A stretch of 64,000 bases of DNA from Blasia pusilla (GCA_050084515.1 CM114271.1:1240001-1304000), one strand, 5' to 3'; counted from the stretch's first letter, positions 11,327-24,535 are shown. Notes: generated by a model not told the origin, from the sequence alone. A program made the numbers and translations.

Positions 11327-12910
11327 ATGGCGTCGTCCTCTCCCTCTAGTGTGCCAGTGGAGGAGACTTGGGAGCCATTACTTGGGCCCAAGCTTATGGG
11401 AAGTGAGAAACGACGCTTGACACAATTCCTACGTGCTTTTAGGAGTTGTTTTGCCTTTAGCATGAAGGAGTTGGGTGCTTTGGTTGGACCCGGTATACAG
11501 ATTGATCTGGCTAGTGATTCGCCAATCTTCCGTCGTCCCTATCGATATAGTGATATGGAGAGGGACCTGATTCAGAGTAGGACGTTGGACCTTTTGGAGG
11601 TTGGATTAGTGGAGTTGTCATATGGAGAGTATGCATCAGCCACTATCATGCCTGCTAAAAAGGATGTGCATGGCAACTATACGGATAGGCGGATGTGTGG
11701 AGATTACCGTCCTATCAATCGGCAGACCAAGACCGATAGGTATGCCATGTCTACACCTGAGGAGATCTTTCATGTGGTGGGACAGGCAAAGATTTTCAGT
11801 ACTTTGGATCTTCCGGAAGGATTCCATCAGTTTCCGATTCGAGAGAGTGATAAGGCCAAGAGAGCATTTTGGGGTGTCAACTCTCATGGCAAGGATTGTT
11901 TGTACCAGAGGAAATTCTTACCCTTTGGGTTGAAGAATGCACCTGCCGAGTTTCAGAGAGTGATGGACAGGATCCTAGCAGGGTTGGATTTTGTTCAGTG
12001 TTACATTGATGATATCTTGGTGTTCAGTAACATAGTGGAGGAGCATCAAATACATTTGCAGATTGTGTTTGAGCGATTGAAAGCTCATGGTCTACGCTTG
12101 CATCCAAGAAAGTGTAAGTTCTTCCATGAGGATGTTGAGTACTTGGGTCATGTGATCTATCCATGTGGTTTGGGAGTTCAGCAAGCAAAGGTGGAGGCTA
12201 TTGCACTTATTCCTCGTCCGGTAGATGTGAGTAGAGTTTGGGCATTCATGGGATTGGCGAACTACTACCGGAGGTATGTGAAGGGATTTAGTGCTATGGA
12301 AAAGCCTTTGAACCAATTGTTGAAATCAGATCACGAGTGGCATTGGGGAGATGATCAGGAGAGAGCTTTTGTGGAGCTCAAGGCCTAGTTGGTGGCGGCG
12401 CCTATCTTGAGGAGACCTCTCAGAGGGCGCCCATTTCAGTTACATACATATGCAAGTCGTTCGAATAATGTAGCGGAGTCGCGCTACAGTTCATATGAGG
12501 GAGAGTGTTTGGCAATAGTGTGGGTTGTAGCACACTTTAGGTGTTACTTGTTTGGCACAGAGTTTACCCTTGTTACTGATCACCTGCCGCTCAAGTGGTT
12601 GATGGAGTCTAACAAGCTTAGAGGGAAGCTTGCACGGTGGCCTCTTATCTTACAAGAGTATGACTTCCAGGTGGTACATAGACTTGGAGTTGCCAACCTT
12701 GATGCTGATGGGTTGAGTAGGAACCCATGTACTAGCCAAGAGGATGCAATTGGGGCTAGATGGCATGGCGAGGTTGATGAGGAGATGGTGCGAGGTTGGC
12801 ATGCATCCGCTTTTTTATGTTCGTTAGGGGTGGACTCTAGTATGGAGGACCACATGACATCTTACTCTAGTCAGAGGGTAGATGGCCAGCCTTCAGATCC
12901 TAAGGTTTGA
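11327..12910 (+). pseudogene. Reverse transcriptase and RNase H of copy A
   Basis: RMCGDYRPIN, LPFGLKNAP, YIDD, YLGH, then YSSYEGECLA and TDHLPLKWL. One stop between domains and an internal RNase H deletion relative to copy B. Confidence 0.93.
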
Positions 12911-13041
12911 GATGGTGGTACAAATCAGCGTGATATTCATGATGATGCTAAAAAGAATTTCCATTGGAGTTCCTACGGACCAGTAGGATGCTAGGCATAG
13001 TGAGTGCCAAGGAGTGAGACCGTGTTCTTCAACGTGCTAAG

Positions 13042-15120
13042 TGCTCGGCCATCACCAACACATAACGACTATGACCCTCCGTCAAAGGCAAAGGTCTTGC
13101 AAACCTAAACCCATGATCGAAAGTGGATGCAACTGTGGAGTTGGAGCATTGAACGATGCTTGGACTTGATCACACACCATGCATCTGGCAACAAACTGTT
13201 GAACGTCAGTCTGCATGCCTCGCCACCAATACTGAATCTGGAGCAAGTTGTGTGTCCGCTTCACTCCAAAATGACCCAACTCCTCGTGGGCATGACGCAC
13301 CAAACTTGCTCTCTATGAAGGATGAGGCACTGCACGCACTCTACCATCCTCCCACACTCGCAACACATGTGTGCCCTCCCACCAGAACTGTCTGGCTTGC
13401 TGTAGGATCCGATCCCGCTCTCTAGCATCCACTGTGCTTGCGACGCTGCTAGTACGCATGAACTCCAAGACCACTCCATTGTCGTGAAAACTCCTGGATC
13501 TACGGACTCTCCATCAGACCTCGCCATCAAAGTCTCAGCAATCTGGCTCTCCATAGCCATTTAGCCCAAATAGGATGACGCATGCCATTCTGGCACCAAC
13601 TCCTCATCACTCTCACCCTACCAACGAGCTCTAGTCGCATCTCGCTGACTCGGACATGGGTTACGGCTCAAACCATTTGCATCTTGGTTGAGCGCCCCAC
13701 GTCTATGCACCACTTGGAAGTCATACTCTTGCAACAAAAGAGCCCACCTCGCAAGCTTCCCTATAAGCTTCTCAAACTCCATCAACCACTTAAGTGGCTG
13801 ATGATCAGTAATGATGGTAAAGGGATTGCCGAATATATAACATCTAAAATGTGCGACAGCCCACACTGCAGCCAAGCACTCACCCTCATACGAGCTATAC
13901 TTCACCTCTTCAGCGTTGTTCGAGTGACTAGCATAAGCCACCAAGAACTCTCTACAATCATCGTCATGTTGGGTGAGCACGGCTCCAAGCCCCAACCATG
14001 CTCCAATCGGTATGCAACTGGAAAGGACGCCCCCTGATCGGTCTCCTCAATATGGGCGCGGACGTCAATATGTCCTTGAGAATCTGCAATGCTCTCTCTT
14101 GCTCATTCCCCCCAGTGCCACTCTTGATCCACCTTGGTTATCAAGGTTAGCGGCTTCGCAATCAAACTGAAGCACTTGACGTACCATCGATAGAAGTTCA
14201 CGAATCTCATGAATGCACGAACTCAACTCACATCTGTAGGGCGTGGAATGCGTGAAATAGTCTCTACCTTTGTCAGTTGGAGACCAAGGCCCCCAAGCTA
14301 TATCATATGACCCAAGTACTCAATCTGGTCGTAGAAGAACTTGCAGTTTCTTGGATGTAGCTTCAGCCCATGTAACTGCAATCGTCGAAATACCTCCTCT
14401 AGATGTCGCTCATAATCTTCAACCGTAGCGCTAAACACTACGATGTCATCAATATAACACCTAGCAAAATCCAGACCTGCCAAGATCCTATCCATGACCC
14501 TCTGAAACTCAGTCGGGGCATTCTTTAACCCGAATGGTAAGAACCGCCACTGGCACAAACAATCCTTCCCGTAAGGATCGATGCCCCAAAAATCCATCTT
14601 TTTCCTGTCCTCCAATCAGATAGGAAGCTGATGGTATCCGGCTCGATAATCCAATGAACTGAAGACCTTTGCATGCCCAATCGCATCAAAGATCTCCTCA
14701 CGGATGGGCACGCATACCTATTGGACTTTGTCTGCCGATTGATAGGTCGGTAATCTCCACACATCCGCCTATCCATCCAGTTTCCTTGCACATCCTTCTT
14801 GTCGCATGGAGAGTATGCATCTGCCACTATCATGCCCGCAAGGCATGACAGTGGCAGATGCATGCGACATTTCCACTAGTCCTGCTTCAACCAAGTCCTG
14901 GCTCCTACTCTGAATCAGAGCCCTCTCCATGTCACTGTACCTGTAGGGTGGTTGGAAGATCGGCGTGACACTCGAAAACTCAATGCGGATCCCTGGATCC
15001 TTCAGCATACCCAAATCATGCATACTAAATGCAAAACAGTTCCTATAACTCCTAAGGAACTAGTGTATCCGGCGCCGCTCTCCAGGTGTCAACTTAGGGC
15101 CCATATATGGCTCCCAAGTC
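13042..15120 (-). pseudogene. RT, RNase H and integrase zinc finger of copy B
   Basis: LPFGLKNAP, YIDD, LGAVLTQ...AYAS, HEELGHFG...CMVC. Ends at YVLVMAEH, so most of the integrase core is missing. Confidence 0.9.
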
Positions 15121-15439
15121 TCCATCGAGACTACGGTAGGACTCTCCGGCGCGCGTGTGGATGGTTGCTACGGTGCAACCCCGTCTCGGACAATAGAACT
15201 CTCATCTCCACGTGCAGTACCCGGAACCACACTCGATGCTGTGCCTATCTTTTCCTGGCGTACCTGCAAAACATCCCAAGAAGTCCAAGGGTGTCTCTTC
15301 CGATCACCCCTGGTGTGGTGATCTCCTCGGGTCTCGCCTCTGGCCAATGCCTTAATCGTCTCGGTATGCATGGGGCTTTCCAACGCAAGGGGTGCCTTAA
15401 TCTGTCGCGTCCTCAAACAACGTTGCTCAGCTACTCCTA

Positions 15440-16400
15440 AGCTAAAAATCCATGTCTAGCAGTTCAAGTCCATTGCCTCACCCAAGACATGACCTCGTGA
15501 TGCCTCTGATAGTGACGGTACTGCCGTCACTCCTGTTAGGAATCCCGTCGCTCGCTCTCGCTCATCGGCGTTGGGCTCCACCAGCCTCTATACTTGGTCA
15601 TCCCAAACCAAGCCAGGTCCGGCCTCCTTGAATGCATAGGAAGCAGGAAAACTCACCAATGTGGGAACGGCTGCCCGTGGCCTGCCAATCCTCTCCACCA
15701 AAGTCAACGGCGGTCCATCATCTAGCCTCACTGCCTGTGATCGACAGTGCGGATCCAATATAGAATCCACCAACAAATCAGAGGGGCGCTCCACGCTCGC
15801 ATATGCCCTTTGTAAAACCTCGTGTGGTACCAAGTTGGTCCATCAAAGATGTGGGCAATGTGTTCATGAACCCACACTCGCCGCATCTAACAACACTGCC
15901 GGGCCGATCCAAGCGTGCATCCGATGTGCACTCGTCACCACGCGGGACCTCAAATCGCCTAAAATTAGCATATTCTCCAAAATGTATGTTGGAGAACGAG
16001 GTTGATGCTCATGTAAATGTCGCAAGATCTGCATCATCTCCCAAAACAACATGGACCGAGTGTCAACTAACCCGCTACCTCGTCCAGCACTCGATTGGCC
16101 GTAACACCGCCAGCGAGCAATGACCAAGTCTATGGTCCCTACCCGCTCCAAATCCTGCGCCCCTAACAATGAAATGTCCCTTGGTAGGGAACTCTGGAAT
16201 CCTGAATGGCGGACGCAGACAACAAGTCTGGAAAATGGAGGCGTAACAGCGCCACATGGTGAAGTGAAGCGCGCCTCGCAACATCATCAATCCCCACATA
16301 TAGATACTGCTGCACGCACACTCCAACGTGCAAAACAGCAGCTAACCGAGTGCTGATCTCTCCAAAGAGATCCAACACCCGAATACCCTTCTCTGGGATG
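15440..16400 (-). pseudogene. DNMT3-like C5 cytosine DNA methyltransferase domain within pol of copy B
   Basis: IRVLDLFGEISTRL (motif I, ~16343-16385), YLYVGID (II), DLVIARWRCYG (decayed IV), YILENM (VI), LLDAASVGS (towards VIII), ERERATGF and RGHVLGEAM (IX, X). Frameshifted. Confidence 0.88.
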
Positions 16401-16816
16401 CACCACTCAATCGGGGTGGTGTCCAAAGGGGTCATAGCAGCACTCCTACCTACTTGGGGTTCCTCTCACCCGTCACACTCTGGTGCAAACGTCTCGCTCC
16501 ATGCGGTTTGCACATGCTCAATGGCTAAGCGTCGAAGCTCCTCAATCGAGCCCCAAAGCGGCACCTCTCCTCCACGGACTGATGCGGCTACCATGACACT
16601 CCTCTGTATAGAAATGTCAGGAACGGGAGTCTCCTCTGCATGGACATGTCCCTCAATCAAATCACTAGGCCAAGTGATGGCACTGCTAAATACTGCTAAG
16701 GTTGCCATCTCCCTTGGCCGTCGCTTGATCACTACACCTGTGAATCAAACGAGTAATGAGCTAAGGCGCCCATCACCTGACTGCCATCCTATTTTGTAGG
16801 ATGTTGAGTCCTCCCA

Positions 16817-18850
16817 TTAATCCAGGGAAAACCCCATCGGGTATAACACTGCTCCACCAACCAAGACCTCGTAGGACTCTGCATCAATCACTATCGCATT
16901 GGCTCGCACCACAAACTCATCTGTAGGGTGTCTTGGGCGAATCCTCACCACGACCTCCTGTCGGATGATAGAGTGTGTGGTACTTGCTCCACCCAATGAT
17001 GTTTGTATCCGAAATGGACAACCCTCCACATCGGCTCTCGTCAAGCAAGCCCAATCCTATGAATGACGCTTTCCCCAACATCAAGGGTTGCGCTCTTGAA
17101 TCCAACAAGACGCGCTGCGGACTAAAAGCTCTACCTCTGAGACTCACCAAAAAGAAGACCTCTCCCCAGTTATCGAGCAACACAAGACCAGGAGAAACCA
17201 TGGCACGCTCTATCTCGGATCTAGCGGGCATCTCCACCATCCTAATAGCCATAGCCATAGCCACGCCATGAATCTGATGTGGACGGCCCCAACATCCGCT
17301 CCAAGGGCAAGTCCATCACCTCCTCTGCAATCACCTCTGAATGTGATACAAGGACTCCAACTCCACGCTCACATAGCGTAGCGGCCAGCCAAAAAACCTT
17401 GGCGGGCGTACCTCCCAATGTCATAACATCGGAAGAAAAAAAGAAAGGAGCGCGGTACACAACGGTGGCCGCCCCCAACAACGTGCTCGATACATGCCCC
17501 TCCTGAGCATCAGCAATAGGAGTCATTGCATTCGCTTCTCCCATCACCCTCCGTGCCTCCGTGCCTCCATACCAACAACATCACCAACTCTCCAGGAACT
17601 CTAATCATGACCCATTGATAGGGTCCTCATCGCATCGGACAACGTGAAAGACTGAGGAAGCCTAGTCTATTTCGTAGATTCCCCTCACTGTGGATCCAAC
17701 TATGCGGTTGCTCCACGCGTCACAACTTTGGCGGCCTCCATCTGGGCAATCCTGCATATCCAACCAAGATCCTCCATATCTCTATTGCTCCATATGATGT
17801 CGATGCCACGGATCCGGCATCGGTAATCTCAATGCCATAGCGGCAATCTGCTCCTATAGTTGGTGTATCTGAGCAGCCATCCTAGCTTTATGCCCGAGGT
17901 CTCCCTCGACGCGTCTAGGTGGAGGGACTCCACGAGAAACTCCACCACCCTATCGAGCAACTCCAGCTCCTCGTCCCCCAACGGAACCACCTGGTGCACG
18001 ATCTCTAGGCCCACTCAGACCGGCTACTTGCTCTAGTGGCCTCTCTGGCCCTCAGTCCGGACGTAACTCGGGATGTAAACTGAAACATCTGGCGCATATA
18101 TGACCATACCTCTGACAATAGTCGCACTGATAACCTCCTACAGCACCATCTCCTCCTCCATGCTGAGGCACACGTCCATGACCCTGACGAGTGCAATCAC
18201 GCTGATGATGGGCTCCACCACATGACCAACAAGTAATCATAGGCGGTTGTTTCTGAGCCTCATATGAAGGTGCAAGTCTTTGTAGCATGGCCTCCTGATA
18301 TCCTCCTTGAGCTTCTGGTGCCACAGTCGACCTATCTCGGAGTCCACGTTGCTCCACAGGTGGTGCAGACAATCGTGACTACTCTCGCCCAGAACCCATG
18401 GTGGCTACGCTCTCCTCCGCCATGTTGCGCTCAATGTTCTCGGCGGTCCTAAAAACATCTCTCAACGTAGGGGAGGTGTTCATAAGAAGCATCCCCTCCC
18501 GCACCCGTGTCTGCAGGGCCTGGTCCAACATCGCGTACCATAACTAGATAGCCTGAGCCTCTGTCACCCCTCAGTGACGTTGATCAACCGGTGCAAGCGA
18601 GTGTAAGCCTCACGCAAACTTTCACCCGGGTGCCTCTAGAAGTCATGGATGCTCAACACCTTCTCCGTCCGTACCCCCTGGTAGCTCGCCCTCAACTTAG
18701 CGAAGAACTCAACCACGGGGTTGAACCTGGGACGAACCCGACTAGATGGTGCAACTGCTCCAGTGCGAGTGACCCTTCCTAAAATATCATGGGTGGAAGA
18801 GAAAGTAGCCTCTCTTGACTCCTCCTCCTCATCTGGGAATGGCTCCATTC
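16817..18850 (-). pseudogene. gag (two CCHC knuckles) and protease of copy B
   Basis: CWSCGGAHHQRDC and CDYCQRYGHICARC, VLLDSRAQPLM, YEVLVGGAVL. Confidence 0.8.
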
Positions 18851-20239
18851 ATGACATATAGTGTGGGTCATAGTAGAGTCACCATGCCTCAATCTCATGG
18901 GCATATCTGTGGGAGAACTCATGGTAATCGTCCATAGGCCCCCCCTCTAAATGCTAGAACATACCATTCTATGTTGTAAACGGGTTGAACTTTCTAGAGT
19001 TCCTAGCCCGCTGTGTGTCACATCAACTCCTACACTCTGCAATGAAGTCGTATAGCTCTATAGTGCCTATAGCACCCGAAAACCTGCGCGGTCCTCTACC
19101 TCGATTGTCCATCTCGTACCCCCAATTGGTAGGACCACTCAATGTGTACAGTGAATCACTAACACACTCCTCTATACACTCCCCCTCGTCTGAAGACACC
19201 ACAGAAGGAGATCGAGGTGGTCTCTCACCTGGAGACCCTCAAAACCTCGCACCACTCTGGGTAAACCCTCCACAGCTACTCTCAGGTCCACTACCTCGCC
19301 TCTCAAAATCCCAAAAGGACGCCATGATGGCCCTCGTGCTTCTCTCACACGATCACTCTCAATCTTGCGAGTAATCCCTCAATTATTCAAACTAAACATG
19401 CGGCACTCAATCTACACTCTCTCACTGAGACGTGTGCTCTAAGGCAACAAGCAGCGTGGTACGGCAAATCAACCGATCTATTGTCTCATCGATAAACCAT
19501 CCTCAACTCTCGACATCCCACACAGGTCTATGTCCCCTAAATCCATACATCATTGATGCTCCTAGCATCAACACGAAACCCAATATCCCAAATAACTTCC
19601 CAATATCCAGAAATCCCTCACACGAGCAGGGTAAGAGACCAGAAGGGATAACCTGACAATCATGTCGATGTTGCTCCTCGACAATTGCAAATCTCGACCC
19701 CAACTCAGTCATGAAGACAACTCCTCCAATCAGCAGGTCATACTCCTCTCATACTGACGCTGCTCAAACCTCCTCGATGTGCGATGCAGGTCGGGTGGGG
19801 CACTGGTGGCACGGAACGGCTTCAAATGGCACGGCACTCGGTGGCATACCCTCCTCAATCAGAAATTCACATGCTTTGCACCTTAGTGAAGGAGTGGCTC
19901 CGCAATCGAGACGGTGCGCTGCGGCCACAAGCGGCACGGCGCGGCAATCAGCGGCGCGTTGCGGCTATGGGCGTCACGGCACCGTACTCGATCATCATTG
20001 AGTGGCTACCAATCCCAACATAACAACATGAAATGAAAACTCAAAGACCATAACCCGAGGCTACATGCCATCACTGGTTGATGACGAAACTGCGATGACG
20101 GTGGCGGCCAAACCAAAGTACGTGATGGCGGTGCAAGTTAGAGAATCAACGGTGGTCGTGGAAGACCCTCCACTCCATAATCGTGGAAATGGCAACCAAA
20201 GGGTGGACAACGGCCGAACGCGGCTCTGAGCAACGCTAG

Positions 20240-20400
20240 GCGACGACAGCGGCCGACGATGGATGGTGGACCGTTGATGGTGACGATTGACCCTTAATGG
20301 TGACGACGGACCATTGATGGTGACGATTTACCGTTGATAATGACGGTTGACCATTGATGGTGATGGCTGACTGTTGACCGTTGATTGTGACTATGACGGC
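20240..20400. repeat. Degenerate ~20-bp tandem repeat (GACCRTTGATGGTGACGRTT) in the leader of copy B
   Basis: About six imperfect units visible by eye. Confidence 0.7.
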
Positions 20401-20999
20401 GACAGCTTCCGCCGGCGTGGCTGCTGGTTTAGGGTTTGAAAAATTTAACCCTAAAATTGCCTAGCAATGGAAATTTTGCAAGATTGACCCTAACTGTTTG
20501 CTCGCAACTCCAAATTGCGCACCATTTGTTGCACAACATGCACAGCTTCACGATCTACAAGAGCGTTAGAAAATATTTGGAATAAAAAATTATTGTAAAA
20601 ACTAACAAGGACTATCGTAAAGCCCAATGTTTCTTTCTCCGACACAAAATTTGGTAGCGCTTCCGCGCTGAATTCTCCCAACGAAAATGTAAAACATGTG
20701 AGAACACAAATCAATAAGCTACATGGTGCTCCCAAGACCACCGGCATGGGGCAACCCGACCCCATAATCAATCCTTATCAAAAATTGGGCAGCGCTTCCG
20801 CGCGCCACTCTTCTACACGAAAAATCGGCAAAGAAAATATCACAAGTAAGCTGCTCTTGCTCCGGTGAGCACTCCCATCAAACGCTCAATGGGGAATACG
20901 ATCCCCAATGTGCAAAACTAGCGAGTGACCAGCGAGCTCCCCCATGAAGATCTCTCACTCACTCATACTCTCTTTGTAAAATAACATCCAATCTCTCTC

Positions 21000-21489
21000 A
21001 CAACACCATACTTCTCGCATGTGTGCACTCTCATATGTCTCTCTCAATGTCAAACCAAACCCACTCTCCTAGTGAGAGGTTTGGGTTGCACACACAAGGC
21101 AAGCAAGACCATAGCTCCGCTGCCTCATGCCAAGAGGTTCAACAAAGAGAGAATGAGCTCTCTCTCCTTGAGGTATACCCCTTCCCTCTCCCAAGCTCTC
21201 TCCATGGTAACCTATGCTCCCAAGTTACCTCCTTGGCTCTTGACCTGATGTAGGAGGTCAAGGGCCACTTACCAAAATTAGAAATTCGATCAGATATTCA
21301 AAATGGTACTTATCTAAAATAGTAAGTTTTCTCAATATGGCTCCAAATGAGTTGAAACAAAGGCCCTAAACCTGCTCTCTCAGGTTTCCCAGGGCCTCAG
21401 TAGGTCATCATCAACCTAATGCACCTGTCCTCCACTACTCACGAAGGCGCTCTACTAGATCTCACCGATCTATCCTAAAAGACATGACA
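21000..21489 (-). repeat. Outer part of the 5' LTR of copy B (inner boundary not determined)
   Basis: Reverse-complement similarity to 44291-44500 and 45682-45925, beginning at a shared TGTCATGTCTTTTAGG terminus. Confidence 0.65.
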
Positions 21490-23343
21490 AAGAGTCATTA
21501 TGCTTGGATGAGGCTCTTGCTCATTCTCAATGGAGAGAGGCCATGGAGATGGATGATGGACGCTATTCAAAGATAAGAAACTTGGACTTTGGTTAAGAAT
21601 CCAAAGGACAAGAACATAATATGCACCAAGTGGGTGTACAAACCAAATATAAGTCGAACGGTATATTGGATAAACTCAAAGTGAGGTTGGTTGCATAAGG
21701 ATGTTCATAGATCAAAGGTTTTGATTACTGTGAGACTTTTGCTCCTACTGTAAGGATGACAATCATTCAAATTGTTCTAGTGGTGGCAGAAACAAGACGT
21801 TGGTCTATATACCAATACGATGTGAAGTCTACTTTTCTGAACAAGAGTCTCAAGGAGGAGGTGTATGTATCTCAACCACCTAGTTTTGAGACACCCGGAT
21901 CAGAAGAGAAAGTGTATTTGCTTCATCGAGCATTGTATGGGTTGAAGCAAGCCCCAAGGGTATGGTATGGAGACCACAGCTGAAAATAGAGGAAATGAAG
22001 GAAGTGTTGAAATATGAGTTTGAAATGTCAGATTTAGGTCTTTTGCGCTACTTTATAGGGCTGGAGATTTGGCAACAGTCAGATTCTATTTTTCTCTCTT
22101 AACAAAATTATGCTAGAGAAATCTTAGAGATACTCGGGAAGACCGAGTGTAAGGCAGTGGTCTCGCCAATGGAGGTCGAGTTGAAACTTTCAATGGAGGA
22201 TGTTTCACCATTGGTAGATGAAAAGTTGTACATAAAGCTTGTGGGAAGTTCCATATTTTTGTGCAACACAAGACCAGACATTAGCTTCGCTGTGGGAGAG
22301 TTGAGTAGGTTCTTAACTAAGACTTGTGAGAATCATTGGAAGGCAGGGATGCGTGTGTTGAAGTACATCAAAAGCACTATTGAGTACGGCATCACCTATG
22401 GAGCAGGGACGGAAATGACACCCTTTTGTTACTCGGATTGGGCAGGAGACTCAGATCCTCGGAGATCAGTTTCGGGTTATTGTTTCTTAGTAGGATCAGG
22501 TGTGGTGTCATGGGTCAGCAAGAAGCAAACTACATTGGCTCTTTCTTCTACCGAGGGAGAGTACAAGGCGGGTTGCTATGCTTCTTGTGAAGTAGTATGG
22601 TTGAGATGGATATTGGAGGACATAGGAGAAGCACCAGAAAGTGCTACTCTAATATGGTGTGACAATCAGAGTTGCATTGCCATAATACATAATCTTGTGT
22701 TTCAGGCTCATACGAAGCACATAGAGATCTAGTACCATTTTTTGAATGAGTTGATCGAGAGAGAGGTTTTGAAGTTAGTCTATTGTCCAACAGAGGATAA
22801 TCGTGCAGACATCTTCACCAAAGCTTTGAGCGGAGATCAGCTTCAACGACATGTGAAGGGTCTTGGCATTGGTCCGAGACAATAGTCCATATGAGAGTAG
22901 ATATTGAAGGGGGGGATGTTGGATTCTCAACATCCACTTCTCTGAGCACTATTAATCTAATCGGCCCCCTTGTATGAGGAGAAGTTGGCCTAGATTGATG
23001 GTTCCGACTTAGACGTCGAAGGAGTTATAGTAATATGACGTAGGTGGTTTTTGGAGAAGTGTTGCTAGGATTATCTAACCCTATATTTTATCAGGGTGCA
23101 GCGCACTCTAATGCAAATTTTTTTCAATTAATAGAAACAAAGAAAAATAGGTAAACAACCCTAGTTTCCCGAGAAGTGAAATAGTTGGGAGCAGCAGCGG
23201 TAGCGCATTCTTGTATGTCGAGTTATCTCTATGTTCACGTTCCATCGAAGTTCTTGTGTGAGCGCACGGACGGACTATGCCACTTTATATCTCCAAGATT
23301 TGTAATAGATTTCAGTGATTTCATCACATTCTGTTTTCTCACA
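21490..23343 (+). mobile_element. 3' half of a Copia element (RT, RNase H, PPT, 3' LTR), abutting copy B
   Basis: YDVKSTFLN, LYGLKQAPR, YSDWAGD, SKKQ...SSTEGEY. PPT GAAGGGGGGGA at 22906-22916, LTR starts TGTTGG at 22917. LTR end is approximate. Confidence 0.85.
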
Positions 23344-23944
23344 TAAAGTTTCTATATTATTATATTGTGCATTTGGAGGTGAAAATCTTGATTTAATTGG
23401 AGATGCATGAGTATGGTGCTTGTAAGTAATTGGGTCAAGAGGAATAGAAAAGTTCTTGGATGAGTGAACGCACTTTGTTAGACAAAGAGCATCTAGCGAA
23501 GATGGATTAAGTTTTGCCTACAGAAGATCCTTTTCTTGAAGTCTTGAGATCATGAGAAGATCTTATTTGCCTTATTGACAACTTGATGTATTCGCTTGAT
23601 ACATGCATTATCTTCACTAGAGGGAGCGTTTGCGAGGATAATGCCTAACTCCAGAGGCAAGCCTTGATGAGAGAGCATAACTTCTTCTAAGTGAAGACCT
23701 TTGTACTTGCAGAATCAACGAGAGAATTTTTTAGGTTGTTTCAATTGGAATAGTTAAGTGATAATTCATTCCTCTCAAGGAACGAACTATATTCTTAATG
23801 ATCAAAACACTAAAGTTGGCAGTTACTAAGATATTAGACTCGGGCTGGAACAGGTCGTACCTAGTCTAAGAACCCATCACCCGTTATGTAGCATGCACTA
23901 GCCTACCCTAAGCCTGCGGCATGCCCCCGACCAGGCCTGCATGG

Positions 23945-24535
23945 CAAGGTTGCTTATAGACAAAGTCCATGTCTGTCTGGGCAGGGGTACCCACAGCTCG
24001 CACGCGAGACTACCTTGCCTATAATGTAAACCTGGGCTCAGAAACCTGTGGCTAGGCCCACACAAGGCCCGCCTAGGACCGCACAAGGCGGGCTCAAGGC
24101 CCACGCAATACCCGCGGTTGGGCCTGCACTGGGTGGGATCAAGGCCTACGTAGGGCCCACATCCCAGTCTACACCTTGCAGGCCAAAGCCAACCCTAGGG
24201 GCTACAGGTGCGGGCCCAGTTTGCCCTGCGCATGCTAGGAAAGGGCTCATAACCTACTCACCCATTCGATCCGCACCCGCATACGGCCCTACGGGCCACT
24301 ACGGGCTATGCATAGCCTGCAACGGGCCGTGCGTGGGCTAGGAAAGGGTCCATAGCCTACACATGGGCCCTTTCCTAGCCCACGTGTAGGCCATTTGATC
24401 CCTGCCCTACCAAGCCCGCACCTGTTCCCGAACGAGCCATCGGGGCGTCAGAAAATACCGAGTGACGGACCCGTCAAGCATGTCCGTAGATATGTATGTC
24501 CCATGGACGGACTTGTTTATTTCTATGCAACCTTG
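23945..24535. mobile_element. GC-rich non-autonomous TIR element (hAT/MITE-like)
   Basis: Termini CAAGGTTGC...GCAACCTTG, flanks CTGCATGG/TCACATGG (partial match only), related ends at 43346, 49786 and ~58978. Confidence 0.5.

Larger units (their letters stand above)
1..13041 (+). mobile_element. Gypsy LTR retrotransposon copy A (5' end outside window, 3'-truncated, twice interrupted), order PR-DNMT-RT-RH
   Basis: Reading frame resumes across both nested insertions (612-7924 and 8287-9559). Protease-like LSDSGAQPLM at ~8140, DNMT motifs at 10110-10960, RT YIDD in ORF 11327-12388, RNase H in ORF 12389-12910. Colinear with copy B. Confidence 0.9.
13039..21489 (-). mobile_element. Gypsy LTR retrotransposon copy B (3'-truncated): LTR-gag-PR-DNMT-RT-RH-IN N-terminus
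   Basis: Two zinc knuckles (ORF 18052-18372), VLLDSRAQPLM (16917-17264), DNMT motifs at 15440-16400, YIDD (14298-14615), RNase H (13618-13995), HHCC integrase finger (13082-13303). Outer end TGTCATGTCTTTTAGG at 21489 matches 44291. Confidence 0.9.

Noticed and set aside
20505-20535. Candidate PBS and inner LTR boundary of copy B (TGGTGCGC on the minus strand)
   Set aside because: No second LTR to confirm the boundary and no convincing tRNA match by eye.
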